DNA of 64,000 bases from an uncultured Spirochaetota bacterium (GTDB taxonomy: Bacteria > Spirochaetota > Spirochaetia > SZUA-6 > Fen-1364): the NCBI GenBank assembly GCA_963745235.1, contig CAVUXE010000009.1, positions 32,001-96,000 of the forward strand, written 5' to 3'. How positions within the stretch are numbered: position 1 is the stretch's first letter; every line of letters begins with the position of its first letter. This document shows positions 41,172 to 51,070 of this stretch, one piece after another. Position numbers and translations under genes: made by a program. Below the pieces are notes generated by a model. That model searched no databases and was not told the origin of the DNA. It worked only from the letters and a program-made list of their open reading frames with translations.

Positions 41172-41258
41172 GGAGAGATGACCGAGTGGCCTAAGGTGCA
41201 CGCTTGGAAGGCGTGTGTACTCGTAAGGGTACCGTGGGTTCGAATCCCACTCTCTCCG
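41172..41258 (+). tRNA. tRNA-Ser(GGA)
   Basis: GGAGAGA/TCTCTCC acceptor, TT-GGA-AG loop, long variable arm. Confidence 0.95.
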
Positions 41259-41279
41259 TACAACCCTCTCGGCGTTGAT

Positions 41280-41375
41280 ATCCAGGTCATACGCTATGAG
41301 CTGTTGCCCAACCCCGTCAGGCCCGGAAGGGAGCAGCGGTAAGCAGCGTGCTCATGAGCCGTACCCGGCTTGGGT
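41280..41375 (+). ncRNA. ffs: Small SRP RNA (4.5S)
   Basis: Domain IV TCAGG-CCC-GGAA-GGG-AGCAG within a long hairpin, directly upstream of dnaX. Confidence 0.9.
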
Positions 41376-41462
41376 GGAGCCGAGGGGGTTGCTTTTTCAC
41401 CGCCGGTTGGCTTTCTTATGGCTACGGCCGCCGGATTCGTCAGCGGCGCGGAGGCCTCGTAC

Positions 41463-43013
41463 ATGGCATATGAAGTTACGGCAACTCGAAAACGTCCCCA
41501 GAGCTTCGCTGAGCTGGTGGGCCAGGAGTTTGTTTCCACTACCCTGGCAAGCTCGCTCCGCCAGGGGCGGATTGCGCACGCATACCTGTTCGCAGGTCCC
41601 CGAGGCGTGGGCAAGACATCAGTGGCCCGCATCCTTGCCCGGGCCCTCAACTGCGAGAAAGGCCCCACTGACACCCCCTGCGGCGTGTGCTCCAGCTGCC
41701 AGGAGATCGCCCGCGGGTCTTCTCTTGACGTGATAGAGATCGATGGCGCCTCCAATACGAGCGTGAACGATGTTCGCGAAATACGTGACGAGGTCCTCTT
41801 TGCCCCGAATGCCGGTCGCTTCAAGGTCTACATCATCGACGAAGTCCACATGCTGTCAAACAGCGCCTTCAACGCGCTCCTGAAGACCATCGAAGAACCC
41901 CCCCCCTACATCGTGTTCATATTCGCCACCACGGAGGCTCACAAGGTTCCTCCGACCATCCGCTCCCGCTGCCAGCAGTACAACTTTCGGCTCATCTCAA
42001 CGGCGGAGATCAAGGGGAAGCTCCGGGAGGCGGCCCAGGAGCTTCACGTGGAGGCGGAGGAGAAAGCCCTCACGTGGATCGCCAAGGAGTCCACCGGCTC
42101 GCTTCGCGACGCGTATACCCTGCTGGACCAGGTTGTCTCCTTCTCCGAGGGCTCCATCACGCTGGAGCGAATCAGGGAAAAGCTCGGAGTGCTGGGAATC
42201 GATGAGCTGAACGATTTTGTCCGTCTCCTTCGAGGCGGGGAGATGGCAAAAGTGCTGGAAAGCACGGATGCGCTCCTGGCTACGGGGGTCTCAGTCGAGC
42301 AGTTCGTCGCAGACCTCGCCGAGTATTTCCGCAACCTTCTTTTCCTCGCAAGCGGCATCACCCGGGACACGCTCCTTGGGTTCGCCGCCGAGGACTTCGA
42401 CCAGGCCGTGGTGAGCTCTCTGTCGGCCGCCCAGATCGAGCGGGCCATCGAGCTCCTTCTTTCCCTGTATCGCAATATCCGCTTTTCTCTGAACCAGCGT
42501 TTCGAGCTGGAGCTCACCCTTTCCCGTCTCTCTCAGCTTGACTCCCTCATCAGCGCATCTGAGGTGCGGGAGGCCCTGATGGAGATTCGCGGCGAGCTGC
42601 TGTCCGAGCCGGGCGCCCAGTCGCAGCAGGCAGCGGCCCCGGCGGAGTCTGTCCCTCAGGGGAAACCGGCCCAGGTCCAGACTGCGGCGAAGAGCGTGGC
42701 GGACACGCTTCGCCGTGAGAAGCCCGCTCTTGCCTCCGCGCTGGACCGCGTGGCCTCAGTCCGCCTGGAGGGAGACGACGTGGTGCTGACTTTCTCGGCG
42801 AAGGACCACTTCCAGGGGGAAGTGGTGCTGAAAGACAAGGATATGCTCACGGCCCGGTTCTCAGAGCTCTTTTCCCGCGCCGTTCGGCTCAAGCTGGCTT
42901 TCCTGGAGGCGAAACAAGAGCCCGCCGTGGTCGATCAAAGGGTCGAGCTGCTGCGCAAGGTTTTTCGCGGCGAAGTGGTGAAAGGTGAGGGGCATGGCGA
43001 CCAATCCGTTTGA
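41463..43013 (+). CDS. dnaX: DNA polymerase III gamma/tau
   Basis: RPQSF, GPRGVGKTS, PCGVCSSC, IIDEVHML, SRC. Confidence 0.96.
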   Translation: MAYEVTATRKRPQSFAELVGQEFVSTTLASSLRQGRIAHAYLFAGPRGVGKTSVARILARALNCEKGPTDTPCGVCSSCQEIARGSSLDVIEIDGASNTSVNDVREIRDEVLFAPNAGRFKVYIIDEVHMLSNSAFNALLKTIEEPPPYIVFIFATTEAHKVPPTIRSRCQQYNFRLISTAEIKGKLREAAQELHVEAEEKALTWIAKESTGSLRDAYTLLDQVVSFSEGSITLERIREKLGVLGIDELNDFVRLLRGGEMAKVLESTDALLATGVSVEQFVADLAEYFRNLLFLASGITRDTLLGFAAEDFDQAVVSSLSAAQIERAIELLLSLYRNIRFSLNQRFELELTLSRLSQLDSLISASEVREALMEIRGELLSEPGAQSQQAAAPAESVPQGKPAQVQTAAKSVADTLRREKPALASALDRVASVRLEGDDVVLTFSAKDHFQGEVVLKDKDMLTARFSELFSRAVRLKLAFLEAKQEPAVVDQRVELLRKVFRGEVVKGEGHGDQSV

Positions 43014-43317
43014 GATTTTCAAGCAGCTCCAGGGGCTGCAGTCCAAAATGGGCGAGATTCAGGCCAAGCTGAAAACAGTCCGGGCTACCGGCTCGGCCGG
43101 CGGAGGTCTCGTCACCGTGGAGGTGAACGGGCAGATGCAGGTGGAAAAAGTCACCATCGCCCCGGAGGCTGTTGATCCCCGCGACATCCAAATGCTCCAG
43201 GACCTGGTCCTTGCCGCAGTCACCGACGCGCTGGACCGCCTGAAGGAAAAAATCAGGGAGGAGGTGTCCCAGGCGACCGGCATGCTGGGCCTTCCCCCGG
43301 GCTTCCTCGGGCTGTAG
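42994..43317 (+). CDS. ybaB: YbaB/EbfC nucleoid-associated protein
   Basis: GSAGGGLVTV, MLQDLVLAA; lies between dnaX and recR. Confidence 0.93.
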   Translation: MATNPFEIFKQLQGLQSKMGEIQAKLKTVRATGSAGGGLVTVEVNGQMQVEKVTIAPEAVDPRDIQMLQDLVLAAVTDALDRLKEKIREEVSQATGMLGLPPGFLGL

Positions 43318-43320
43318 GGG

Positions 43321-43908
43321 ATGAACGCCCTGGAAAGGCTGATCGGGAACCTCGCGCGGCTTCCTGGCCTCGGCAAGAAAAGCGCTTCCCGGATTGCCTA
43401 CTACCTCCTGCGGGCAGATGAGACTCTTGTCAGGTCCCTCGCCGAGGATCTTGCAGGGCTGCGACAGACCATCCGCTCCTGCAGTATCTGCGGGACATAT
43501 ACCGACATCGATCCCTGCTCCATCTGCACTGACCCCTCGCGGGACAGGACGACCATCTGCGTTGTCGAAGAGCCTCGCGATGTGATCACCCTGGAGTCTA
43601 TCCACGAGCACCGGGGGCTCTACCACGTCCTGATGGGCGCCATTTCACCCATCGAAGGCGTGGGACCGTCAAATCTCCGAATAGGTTCGCTGCTGGAGCG
43701 AGTGCAAAAAGGGCACATCCAGGAAGTGATCCTTGCCACCAATCCCACCGTGGAGGGGGAGACGACGGCCCTGTACCTGGTGAAAGAGCTCAAGGAGTCA
43801 GGGGTAAAGATATCCCGCCTGGCCTTCGGGCTGCCCGTAGGCGGGGACCTGGAGTTCGCTGACAAGCAGACTCTTGCCCGCTCTTTCAAAGGCCGCAGCG
43901 CACTCTAG
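43321..43908 (+). CDS. recR: Recombination mediator RecR
   Basis: LPGLGKKSA, C4 zinc finger, ATNPTVEGE, GLPVGGDLE. Confidence 0.97.
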   Translation: MNALERLIGNLARLPGLGKKSASRIAYYLLRADETLVRSLAEDLAGLRQTIRSCSICGTYTDIDPCSICTDPSRDRTTICVVEEPRDVITLESIHEHRGLYHVLMGAISPIEGVGPSNLRIGSLLERVQKGHIQEVILATNPTVEGETTALYLVKELKESGVKISRLAFGLPVGGDLEFADKQTLARSFKGRSAL

Positions 43909-43928
43909 CCCGCGGCGGCCATCAGGCT

Positions 43929-45350
43929 CTACAGTTTGTCTACCAGGATCGAGCACTTTCCCGAGGGGATCGGGAGGGTCTTGCTGCGCGCCCCGAACAG
44001 GTCGATGGTGAGGTAGTACAGCTTCTCGCTCTCCAGGTGCACTTCCCATCCGCGGCTGCTCTTCGCGCTGAGTATGGAGATGAGATTCCTCTTCAAGGCC
44101 AGGTCCTCTATCCCCATCAGCTCCAGGGTGGGAATGGTCCAGTCCACTGTCTTGCGAGGAAGCGAGATGTTCAGCCCGATGATGTTTTCCAGCATCAAGG
44201 AGACGGTTGTCAGCGCCGTGTAAGGCACATACATCGTGCGGGGAAAGCCCTTCTTTCCCGGCCACCTGGCCGGGCCTTCCGTATGCGGCGCGTAGGCCTC
44301 GTACAGCGACCCGCGCTTTCCGTTGCCGGTGTACAGGCCGTCCAGCACGTGGTAGAGGTGGCGGATGGCGAACTCCCGGGCGAGGTCGTTGCGCTTGTAC
44401 TTCTCCAGCCCCTTGATGACCATGTAGTTGAACGGCGGGTACACGGAGCCGCGGAAACCCATTCCCATCGGATCAAACCTCTTGTCGCAGACAGCGAGCG
44501 TGGGGAAGGGGTTTTCGATGCCGAACTCGTGCGGGTCCACCAGGTGATCGATGAGCCTCTCACCCCGCGCCTCGTTGGGGATCTCCGCAAGCAGCGGCCA
44601 GAAAGAGGCAATCGTCTTCGTCTTCAGCCGCTTCTCCGACTCGTCCAGGTCGTAGTAGAAGCCGTCTTTCTCATCCCACATCAGGGCACTGATCTTCGTC
44701 TTCAGAGAGAAGTAGGCCTTCTTGTAGGCGTAGTTTGTTTCCTTGTCATTGATGATGTCGGCAAGCTCCGACATGTAGAGCGCTGCCAGGGCCATTTGCG
44801 AGTTGAAGTCGATCGGGTACGCCATTGCCTCGCGCGGGGAGTTCTCCATCATCGTTGCGGAAAGGGGCACCGAGTACAGACCGTTTTCCCTTTTGAAGGT
44901 CGTCTCGATCCAACGGTAGTACTTCTCCAGCACCGGCAGCACTTCCCGGATTCGCTTCTTCACCCCCAACTTGTGGTAGATGTTGTATTCGGCCCATGCG
45001 AAGAGGGGCGGGAGAACTCCCTTGGGGTTGTCCTTGGAATGAACGGGCTTTCCATCCGCCTCGCGATATTCCCCCCGGATTGCTCCGGTCTCCTCTTGCT
45101 TGGAATAGAAGTTGTCGAGGACCGACAGCACGGGAAATATCCTGTTCGAATAGACAAGGAAGAACGACGCAAAGCACGCGTCGAACTGGTTTATCCGCGT
45201 GCTTTCAGGGTGGCTGAAGAACCTGCTGTGGAAACCATTGACTGTTGTGCCCTTCTTCCAGAAGTCCTTGATCAGGATCCACGTTTCGTCATACAGCGCA
45301 ACCAGATCCTGATCGTAGAAGTGTATCTTCGGGAAGTCCTTTTTTACCAC
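43929..45350 (-). CDS. (alpha/alpha)6 glycoside hydrolase, GH63/MGH1/trehalase-like
   Basis: PPLFAWAE, MENSPR, MWDEKDGFYYD, FWPLLA, RGSVYPP.NY, YEAY. Confidence 0.8.
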   Translation of the reverse strand: MVKKDFPKIHFYDQDLVALYDETWILIKDFWKKGTTVNGFHSRFFSHPESTRINQFDACFASFFLVYSNRIFPVLSVLDNFYSKQEETGAIRGEYREADGKPVHSKDNPKGVLPPLFAWAEYNIYHKLGVKKRIREVLPVLEKYYRWIETTFKRENGLYSVPLSATMMENSPREAMAYPIDFNSQMALAALYMSELADIINDKETNYAYKKAYFSLKTKISALMWDEKDGFYYDLDESEKRLKTKTIASFWPLLAEIPNEARGERLIDHLVDPHEFGIENPFPTLAVCDKRFDPMGMGFRGSVYPPFNYMVIKGLEKYKRNDLAREFAIRHLYHVLDGLYTGNGKRGSLYEAYAPHTEGPARWPGKKGFPRTMYVPYTALTTVSLMLENIIGLNISLPRKTVDWTIPTLELMGIEDLALKRNLISILSAKSSRGWEVHLESEKLYYLTIDLFGARSKTLPIPSGKCSILVDKL

Positions 45351-45619
45351 TCACATTCCTCGCTCTCGGGGTCGTATTGTACCATGCCCTCTTCCGTCGT
45401 CAAACGCAATTTTCATCTCCGCATGGAAAAAGCGCGTGCCAAACGCGCCGGCCGTTGACGCCACAGGGAGTTTTCCTGAGTGAGGAAGCGGGGGTGCTCT
45501 GGAGGAAAATGTACGGCGAATCGACCTGCGTCGTCAAGTTTTCGACCCGCCCTTACCCGCCGTCTGCGCGGTTTCTCATCGTCCTTGACACGTATGGGAG
45601 CGCCGGGTTAACTACCGAC

Positions 45620-45898
45620 ATGGATCTGCAGGAGCTTTCCGCAACCGCACGCATGGCGCGGCTCTCCCTCACGCCGGTTGAGATGGAAAAGCTGGGGAAG
45701 GCTGTTGAGCAGATGCTCCAGCATTTTTCCCATATGAAGGAAATCGACGTTGAAGGCCTGTCGCCGACCACCCACGCGCTCCTGCGGGAAAATCGAACCC
45801 GTGATGATGCGGAGCGCACGGAAGACCTCTCTGCCGCGCTGCTGGAAAACGCTCCGCAGCGGGAAGAGCGCTTCATCGTCGTCCCGAACGTACTCTGA
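45620..45898 (+). CDS. gatC: Asp/Glu-tRNA amidotransferase subunit C
   Basis: ARMARLSL, IDVEG..PT, RDD, LENAP.....FIVVP. Confidence 0.9.
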   Translation: MDLQELSATARMARLSLTPVEMEKLGKAVEQMLQHFSHMKEIDVEGLSPTTHALLRENRTRDDAERTEDLSAALLENAPQREERFIVVPNVL

Positions 45899-45924
45899 TC
45901 ACCGCGCATCCCCCGGGAGGGGCA

Positions 45925-47397
45925 ATGGACTGGCACGGCACCGCGACAGCTGAAGGATCGCTGGAAAAGTGGAAGAACTTTGCGCAGGCGCGAAATAGGG
46001 ACCTGGGCTGTTTCCTCCAGCTGGACCCTGAGCTCGGTCGTACCTTGTGCATCCGCGCACGCAACGACCTCGCTCCATCCCTGGGGCGGAAGGCGGGCGT
46101 TGCGCGCCGGGAGCCCGTGGAGCTCGGGCGGGAAGGCTCCAGCGCGGACGGACCGCTCGCCGGCGTTCCTTTCGGAGTCAAGGACAACATTGCCGTTCGC
46201 TCGTTCCGTCTCACCTGCGGCTCGCGAATGCTTCGGGACTTCGTCTCCCCCTACTCCGCCACAGTCGTTGAACGCCTTGCACGTGCCGGCGCAGTAGTGG
46301 CGGGGAAGACCAACCTCGACGAGTTCGGGATGGGCTCATCCACTGAAAACTCTGCCCTGGCAGAGACCCGCAATCCCTGGGACACGAGGCGCGTTCCGGG
46401 AGGGTCATCAGGCGGGTCGGCCGCTGCGGTTGCCGCGGGGATCGTGCCTTTTGCCCTTGGAAGCGATACGGGAGGCTCCGTCAGGCAGCCAGCGTCTTTC
46501 TGCGGGGTCTATGGGCTGAAGCCGACCTGGGGTGCCGTCTCGCGCTTCGGGCTGGTGGCCTACGCTTCCTCACTGGAAGTGATCGGCGTCGTGGCCAAGA
46601 CGGTCGATTTTGCTGAACAGGCATTTTCAATCATGCGCGGGCAGGATGCCATGGACCACTCCTCGCTCCAATGGCAGCCCCCGGCGCAGAGGAAAGGGCG
46701 CCTTCGCATCGGAGTGCCTCGGCAGTGCGCGGATGTGCCCATGCACCCGGACGTGAAGAGGACCCTCGAGCGAACACGCGGCATGCTCGCGGACCTGGGG
46801 CACGGGATTGAGGAAGTCTCTTTCCCGACTTTCGACCACGTGGTCTCTTCCTACTATGTCATTGCGACCGCCGAGGCCAGTGCCAACCTGGCCCGGTTCG
46901 ACGGTGTGCGCTATGGACACCGTGCATCCCGGGCAGACAACCCGGAGGAGATGATGCTCCTCTCCCGCACCGAAGGCTTCGGGGACGAGGTCAAGCTGCG
47001 CATCCTCCTGGGCACCTACGTTCTCAGGTCCGGGTTCCAGGACGAGTATTACCTTCGCGCCCAGAAAATCCGCACGGCAATCAGGTTGGACTTCGAGAAG
47101 GCCTTTGCGGGAGTTGACCTCGTCCTGATGCCGGTCTATCCAGTGCCTCCGTTCGAGCGCGGCGGGGCGGATTCTGATCCCTTCTCTCAGAAGCTCGCGG
47201 ACATCTTCACGTGCTCGGCGAACCTTGCGGGGCTCCCTGCCATGTCGTTTCCCGCCTCGGTGGAGAACGGGCTGCCCATCGGCATGCAGTTCCTGGCCCC
47301 TCCCTTTGCCGAAGGGCTGTTGTTCGACATCTGCGGTCAGCTCGAGAAGACCTTTCCCTCCCCTGATGCACCCGGCTACCCGAAAGGCTGGGGGTGA
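45925..47397 (+). CDS. gatA: Asp/Glu-tRNA amidotransferase subunit A
   Basis: VKDNI, GKTNLDEFGMGS, GGSSGGS, SDTGGSVRQP, NLARFDG. Confidence 0.95.
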   Translation: MDWHGTATAEGSLEKWKNFAQARNRDLGCFLQLDPELGRTLCIRARNDLAPSLGRKAGVARREPVELGREGSSADGPLAGVPFGVKDNIAVRSFRLTCGSRMLRDFVSPYSATVVERLARAGAVVAGKTNLDEFGMGSSTENSALAETRNPWDTRRVPGGSSGGSAAAVAAGIVPFALGSDTGGSVRQPASFCGVYGLKPTWGAVSRFGLVAYASSLEVIGVVAKTVDFAEQAFSIMRGQDAMDHSSLQWQPPAQRKGRLRIGVPRQCADVPMHPDVKRTLERTRGMLADLGHGIEEVSFPTFDHVVSSYYVIATAEASANLARFDGVRYGHRASRADNPEEMMLLSRTEGFGDEVKLRILLGTYVLRSGFQDEYYLRAQKIRTAIRLDFEKAFAGVDLVLMPVYPVPPFERGGADSDPFSQKLADIFTCSANLAGLPAMSFPASVENGLPIGMQFLAPPFAEGLLFDICGQLEKTFPSPDAPGYPKGWG

Positions 47398-47400
47398 GCC

Positions 47401-49815
47401 ATGTATGCATCATTTCTCGGGCTCGAGGTCCACACCCAGCTCCTGACTCGCTCCAAGGTCTTCTGCAGCTGCCGAGCCGCTTTCGGTGATGAGCCCAACA
47501 GCAATGTCTGCCCCGTCTGCATGGGGTACCCGGGCGTGCTGCCGACGCTGAACGTTGAAGCAATCCGCATGGGCTACGTCGTGGCCCGAGCGCTGAACTG
47601 CACCCTCGCGTCTTCCACGATGTTCGAGCGAAAGAACTACTTCTATCCCGACCTTCCGAAGAACTACCAGATCTCGCAGTTCCGCTCCCCGTTGGGCACC
47701 GACGGGTGGGTCGAGATCGAGCTTCGAAAGCGCAAGAAGCGCGTGCGCATCCGCGAAGTCCACCTGGAGGAAGATGCGGGGAAGATGATCCACGCGGGGG
47801 ACATCACTCTCCTTGATTTCAACCGGACCGGGACGCCTCTCCTGGAGATCGTGACTCAGCCCGACATGGAAGTGGGGGAGGAAGCGGAAGTCTTCCTCCA
47901 GCATCTGCGGCGCTTGGTGCGTTATCTCGGCGTCTGTGACGGCAACATGGAGGAAGGCTCCCTGCGTTGCGACGCAAACGTCTCGGTGAACCTCGAAGGC
48001 AAGGGCCTGGGGAGCAAGGTGGAGGTGAAGAACCTCAACTCCTTCAAGTTCGTCCGAAAGGCCATCGTGTACGAGATAGAGAGGCAGACGGAGATCCTGG
48101 AGCGCGGCGGCTCCGTGACGCAGGAAACGCGCCTCTGGAATGAGAACCGCGACGTGACGGAGGGAATGCGGACCAAGGAAAGCTCATCGGATTACCGCTA
48201 CTTTCCCGAGCCTGACCTGCCGCCCTTTGTTCCCGACAAGGCGTTCCTGGCAACGGTGGAGGCCTCTCTTGTCGAGCTGCCCCAGGCCCGAAGGCGCAGG
48301 TTCATGGAAGAGTTCTCCCTCAGCGAGGACCAGGCTGATTACCTGTGCGAAGAGAAGTCCACCGCTGACTACTTCGAGGAGACGGTCCACCTGGGGGCTG
48401 ATCCGCAAAGCGCGGCGCTGTGGCTGGCCGCTGACGTGAAGAAGCACCTGAACAGGACGGGGGCCAGCCTGTCTGCGAGCCCGCTCACGGCCCGTCGCCT
48501 TGCCGAGCTCCTCAGCCTCCTTGCAGAAAAGCGCATCCACGGGAAGATCGCCAAAGGTGTCCTTGAGAAGGTTTTCGACGAGGACAAGGACCCCCGTGCG
48601 ATCATCCGCGAAAAGGGGTGGGAGCAGATCACGGACCCGGCGGCGCTGGGCGTCCACGTGGATTCCGTGATGAAGGCGAATGCCTCTGTGGTCGCCTCCA
48701 TCCGTTCCGGGGACAGCCGGCAGATCACCTTCCTGATCGGTGAGATCATGAAGGAGACTTCGGGCCGGGCTGATCCGATGCTCGTCCAGGGCCTGGTGAA
48801 GAAGAAGCTTGCCGTGTCGGTGATCCAGATCCTGTCCCTGGGGGGAGCGATTGTCGGCCGCGAATCCGAGCAGGGAGATGTGGTTGCGGGAGACCCTTCC
48901 GAGATCATGCGCGTGGTCGAGGAGGAGGGGCATTTCGGCAGGAAGATCGCCTTCGAGGAAGGTGAGGTCGGCAGGATCCTGAGCGAAGAAATCACGCCGA
49001 GGGACTGGACCCGCCTTGCGGCCGGCCTGGATGAGCACCTGCGCGGCGGCAGGGCATCAGGCATTGTCGTGACGCACGGCACGGATACGCTCGCCTACAC
49101 GGCGTCGCTCGTGTTCTGGCTTTTCTCCCGCCCTCCCGTGCCGATCGTCCTCGCGGCCTCTCTGTCGACACCGGGCAGGGAGAACGGGGATGCCGTCCCC
49201 ACCCTTCGAAAGGCCATCCAGACAGCGGCGGAGGCCGCCCCCGGCGTCTACGTCGTTTTCGGGAGCAAGGTGTTTTCCCCCGTGAACCTGAAGTTCGAGC
49301 GCATGACCGCGGACGGGTTTCGCAACTGGAACATGAAGAAACCCTGCCATACCGCCGGAGCGCTGTTCGACGACCTTTCCCTGGGGGGGGACCGGGAGAA
49401 GCTTCGCGCCCGCCTGGAAGCCGCGATCAACGCAACGCTCATTCTCCGGGTGTACCCCGGCATGCGGGGGGACCACCTCGTGGAGCTCATGGACCGCGGG
49501 GTCAGGAACTTCGTCCTGGAGCTCTATGACACGGGCACGGCAAACCTGCGAGACTCCCCGTATTCCCTTCGCCGCGTTTTCCTGGCCGCGCGGGAGAAGG
49601 GGGTGCATTTCTTCTGTACGTCCCAGCAGGAAGGGATTGTGGATTTTTCCCGCTACGCCAGCTCGCACGAGCTCTGGCGGGAAGGGGCCATTCCCATGGG
49701 CCCGCTCACCACGGAGTCCGCGTGGACAAAGCTTGTCGTGTGCTCGGCCTTCTCCGAGACCGAGGAGGAGATGCTGGCAAGAATGGAGCAGGGAAATGCG
49801 GACTCTTGTCTCTGA
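47401..49815 (+). CDS. gatB: GatB fused to a C-terminal asparaginase/GatD-like domain (804 aa)
   Basis: GLEVH, RKNYFYPDLPK.YQISQ, HLEEDAGK, DYRYFPEPDL (aa 1-470); then ILSLGGAI, VTHGTDTLAYTAS, RVYPG, TTESAWTKL. Confidence 0.92.
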   Translation: MYASFLGLEVHTQLLTRSKVFCSCRAAFGDEPNSNVCPVCMGYPGVLPTLNVEAIRMGYVVARALNCTLASSTMFERKNYFYPDLPKNYQISQFRSPLGTDGWVEIELRKRKKRVRIREVHLEEDAGKMIHAGDITLLDFNRTGTPLLEIVTQPDMEVGEEAEVFLQHLRRLVRYLGVCDGNMEEGSLRCDANVSVNLEGKGLGSKVEVKNLNSFKFVRKAIVYEIERQTEILERGGSVTQETRLWNENRDVTEGMRTKESSSDYRYFPEPDLPPFVPDKAFLATVEASLVELPQARRRRFMEEFSLSEDQADYLCEEKSTADYFEETVHLGADPQSAALWLAADVKKHLNRTGASLSASPLTARRLAELLSLLAEKRIHGKIAKGVLEKVFDEDKDPRAIIREKGWEQITDPAALGVHVDSVMKANASVVASIRSGDSRQITFLIGEIMKETSGRADPMLVQGLVKKKLAVSVIQILSLGGAIVGRESEQGDVVAGDPSEIMRVVEEEGHFGRKIAFEEGEVGRILSEEITPRDWTRLAAGLDEHLRGGRASGIVVTHGTDTLAYTASLVFWLFSRPPVPIVLAASLSTPGRENGDAVPTLRKAIQTAAEAAPGVYVVFGSKVFSPVNLKFERMTADGFRNWNMKKPCHTAGALFDDLSLGGDREKLRARLEAAINATLILRVYPGMRGDHLVELMDRGVRNFVLELYDTGTANLRDSPYSLRRVFLAAREKGVHFFCTSQQEGIVDFSRYASSHELWREGAIPMGPLTTESAWTKLVVCSAFSETEEEMLARMEQGNADSCL

Positions 49816-51070
49816 GCTGGCGGGAAAGGTCGGCGCCGCTGTCACCGTGTGCGGCTGGGTCCACCGGATCAGGGACCTTGGCAAAGTGTCTTTCGTCGTT
49901 CTGCGGGACAGGAGCGGCAGCGTCCAGCTGGTGTTCGATGCGAGGCCCGACGTGACCCTGGAGTCAGTGGTGAAAGTGGACGGCACCGCCAGTGCCAACG
50001 AGAAGGCGCCCGGGGGCGTCGAGGTGAGAGTGCAGAACCTGGAGGTCCTCTCCCATGCCGCGCCTGATCTCCCCTTCCCCGTGAACCAGGAGCCGGGAAA
50101 GACCTCCCTGGAGTCCATCCTGGACAACCGCGTGATATCCGTGCGGAACCCCGCCATCCTCTCGATCTTTCGCGTTCAGTCCGCCATTCTCAAGAGCTTT
50201 GCGGAGCACATGAGAAAAGAGGGATTCACCGAAATCAAGACGTCGAAGCTCATCGGAACGGGGACCGAGGGAGGGACCGGCCTCTTCGCCGTGGAATACT
50301 TCGACACTCGCGTCTACCTCACGCAGAGCCCGCAACTGTACAAGCAGGTCATGATCGCCTCAGGCCTGGAGCGCGTCTTCGAGATTGGACCAGCCTACCG
50401 GGCGGAAAAGCACGACACGCCGCGACACATCAACGAGTTTGTCTCCCTTGACGTGGAAATGGCGTTCATCGATGGAGAGCAGGACCTGATGGATCTGGAG
50501 ACCCGGATTCTTTCTTCAATCTTCCATGAAGTCCGCTCCACCTGCCAGCAGGACCTCGACGCCTGGAAAGCTTCCGTTCCTGATCCCGAGCGGTGCGCAA
50601 AGATAGCGCGTGTCTCACACGACGAGGCCAAGGAGATCGTGTCCCGGGAGACCGGAAAGAAAGTGTACGAGATCACACCCGAGGCGGAGAGGTCCCTCTG
50701 CGACTGGGCCCAGAAAGAAACTGGCGTGGACGCCTGCTTCGTGTACGCGTACCCCAGAAAATCGCGCCCCTTCTATACTTTTCCGGCGGAGAACAACAAG
50801 ACACGGGCCTTCGACCTGCTTTTCCGCGGCCTGGAAGTGACATCCGGCGGCATGCGCATCAACCAGTATGACATGCTGGTTGAGAACGCAAAGACCTTTG
50901 GCCTTGATCCCGCGGGTCTCTCTGACTATCTGTCGATCTTCCGCTATGGATGTCCGCCGCACGGCGGGTTTGCCATCGGGCTGGAGCGGCTCACGCAGAA
51001 AATCCTGGGGCTTTCAAACGTGAAAGAGGCCACGCTCTTCCCGCGGGACCGAAAGAGAGTCAGGCCGTAG
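49796..51070 (+). CDS. aspS: Non-discriminating aspartyl-tRNA synthetase (short archaeal-type AspRS2)
   Basis: GWVHRIRDLG and KAPGG (His/Pro ND determinants), QSPQLYKQ, YRAE, PPHGGFAIGLER, FPRD; ~424 aa, no GAD insertion. Confidence 0.92.
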   Translation: MRTLVSELAGKVGAAVTVCGWVHRIRDLGKVSFVVLRDRSGSVQLVFDARPDVTLESVVKVDGTASANEKAPGGVEVRVQNLEVLSHAAPDLPFPVNQEPGKTSLESILDNRVISVRNPAILSIFRVQSAILKSFAEHMRKEGFTEIKTSKLIGTGTEGGTGLFAVEYFDTRVYLTQSPQLYKQVMIASGLERVFEIGPAYRAEKHDTPRHINEFVSLDVEMAFIDGEQDLMDLETRILSSIFHEVRSTCQQDLDAWKASVPDPERCAKIARVSHDEAKEIVSRETGKKVYEITPEAERSLCDWAQKETGVDACFVYAYPRKSRPFYTFPAENNKTRAFDLLFRGLEVTSGGMRINQYDMLVENAKTFGLDPAGLSDYLSIFRYGCPPHGGFAIGLERLTQKILGLSNVKEATLFPRDRKRVRP

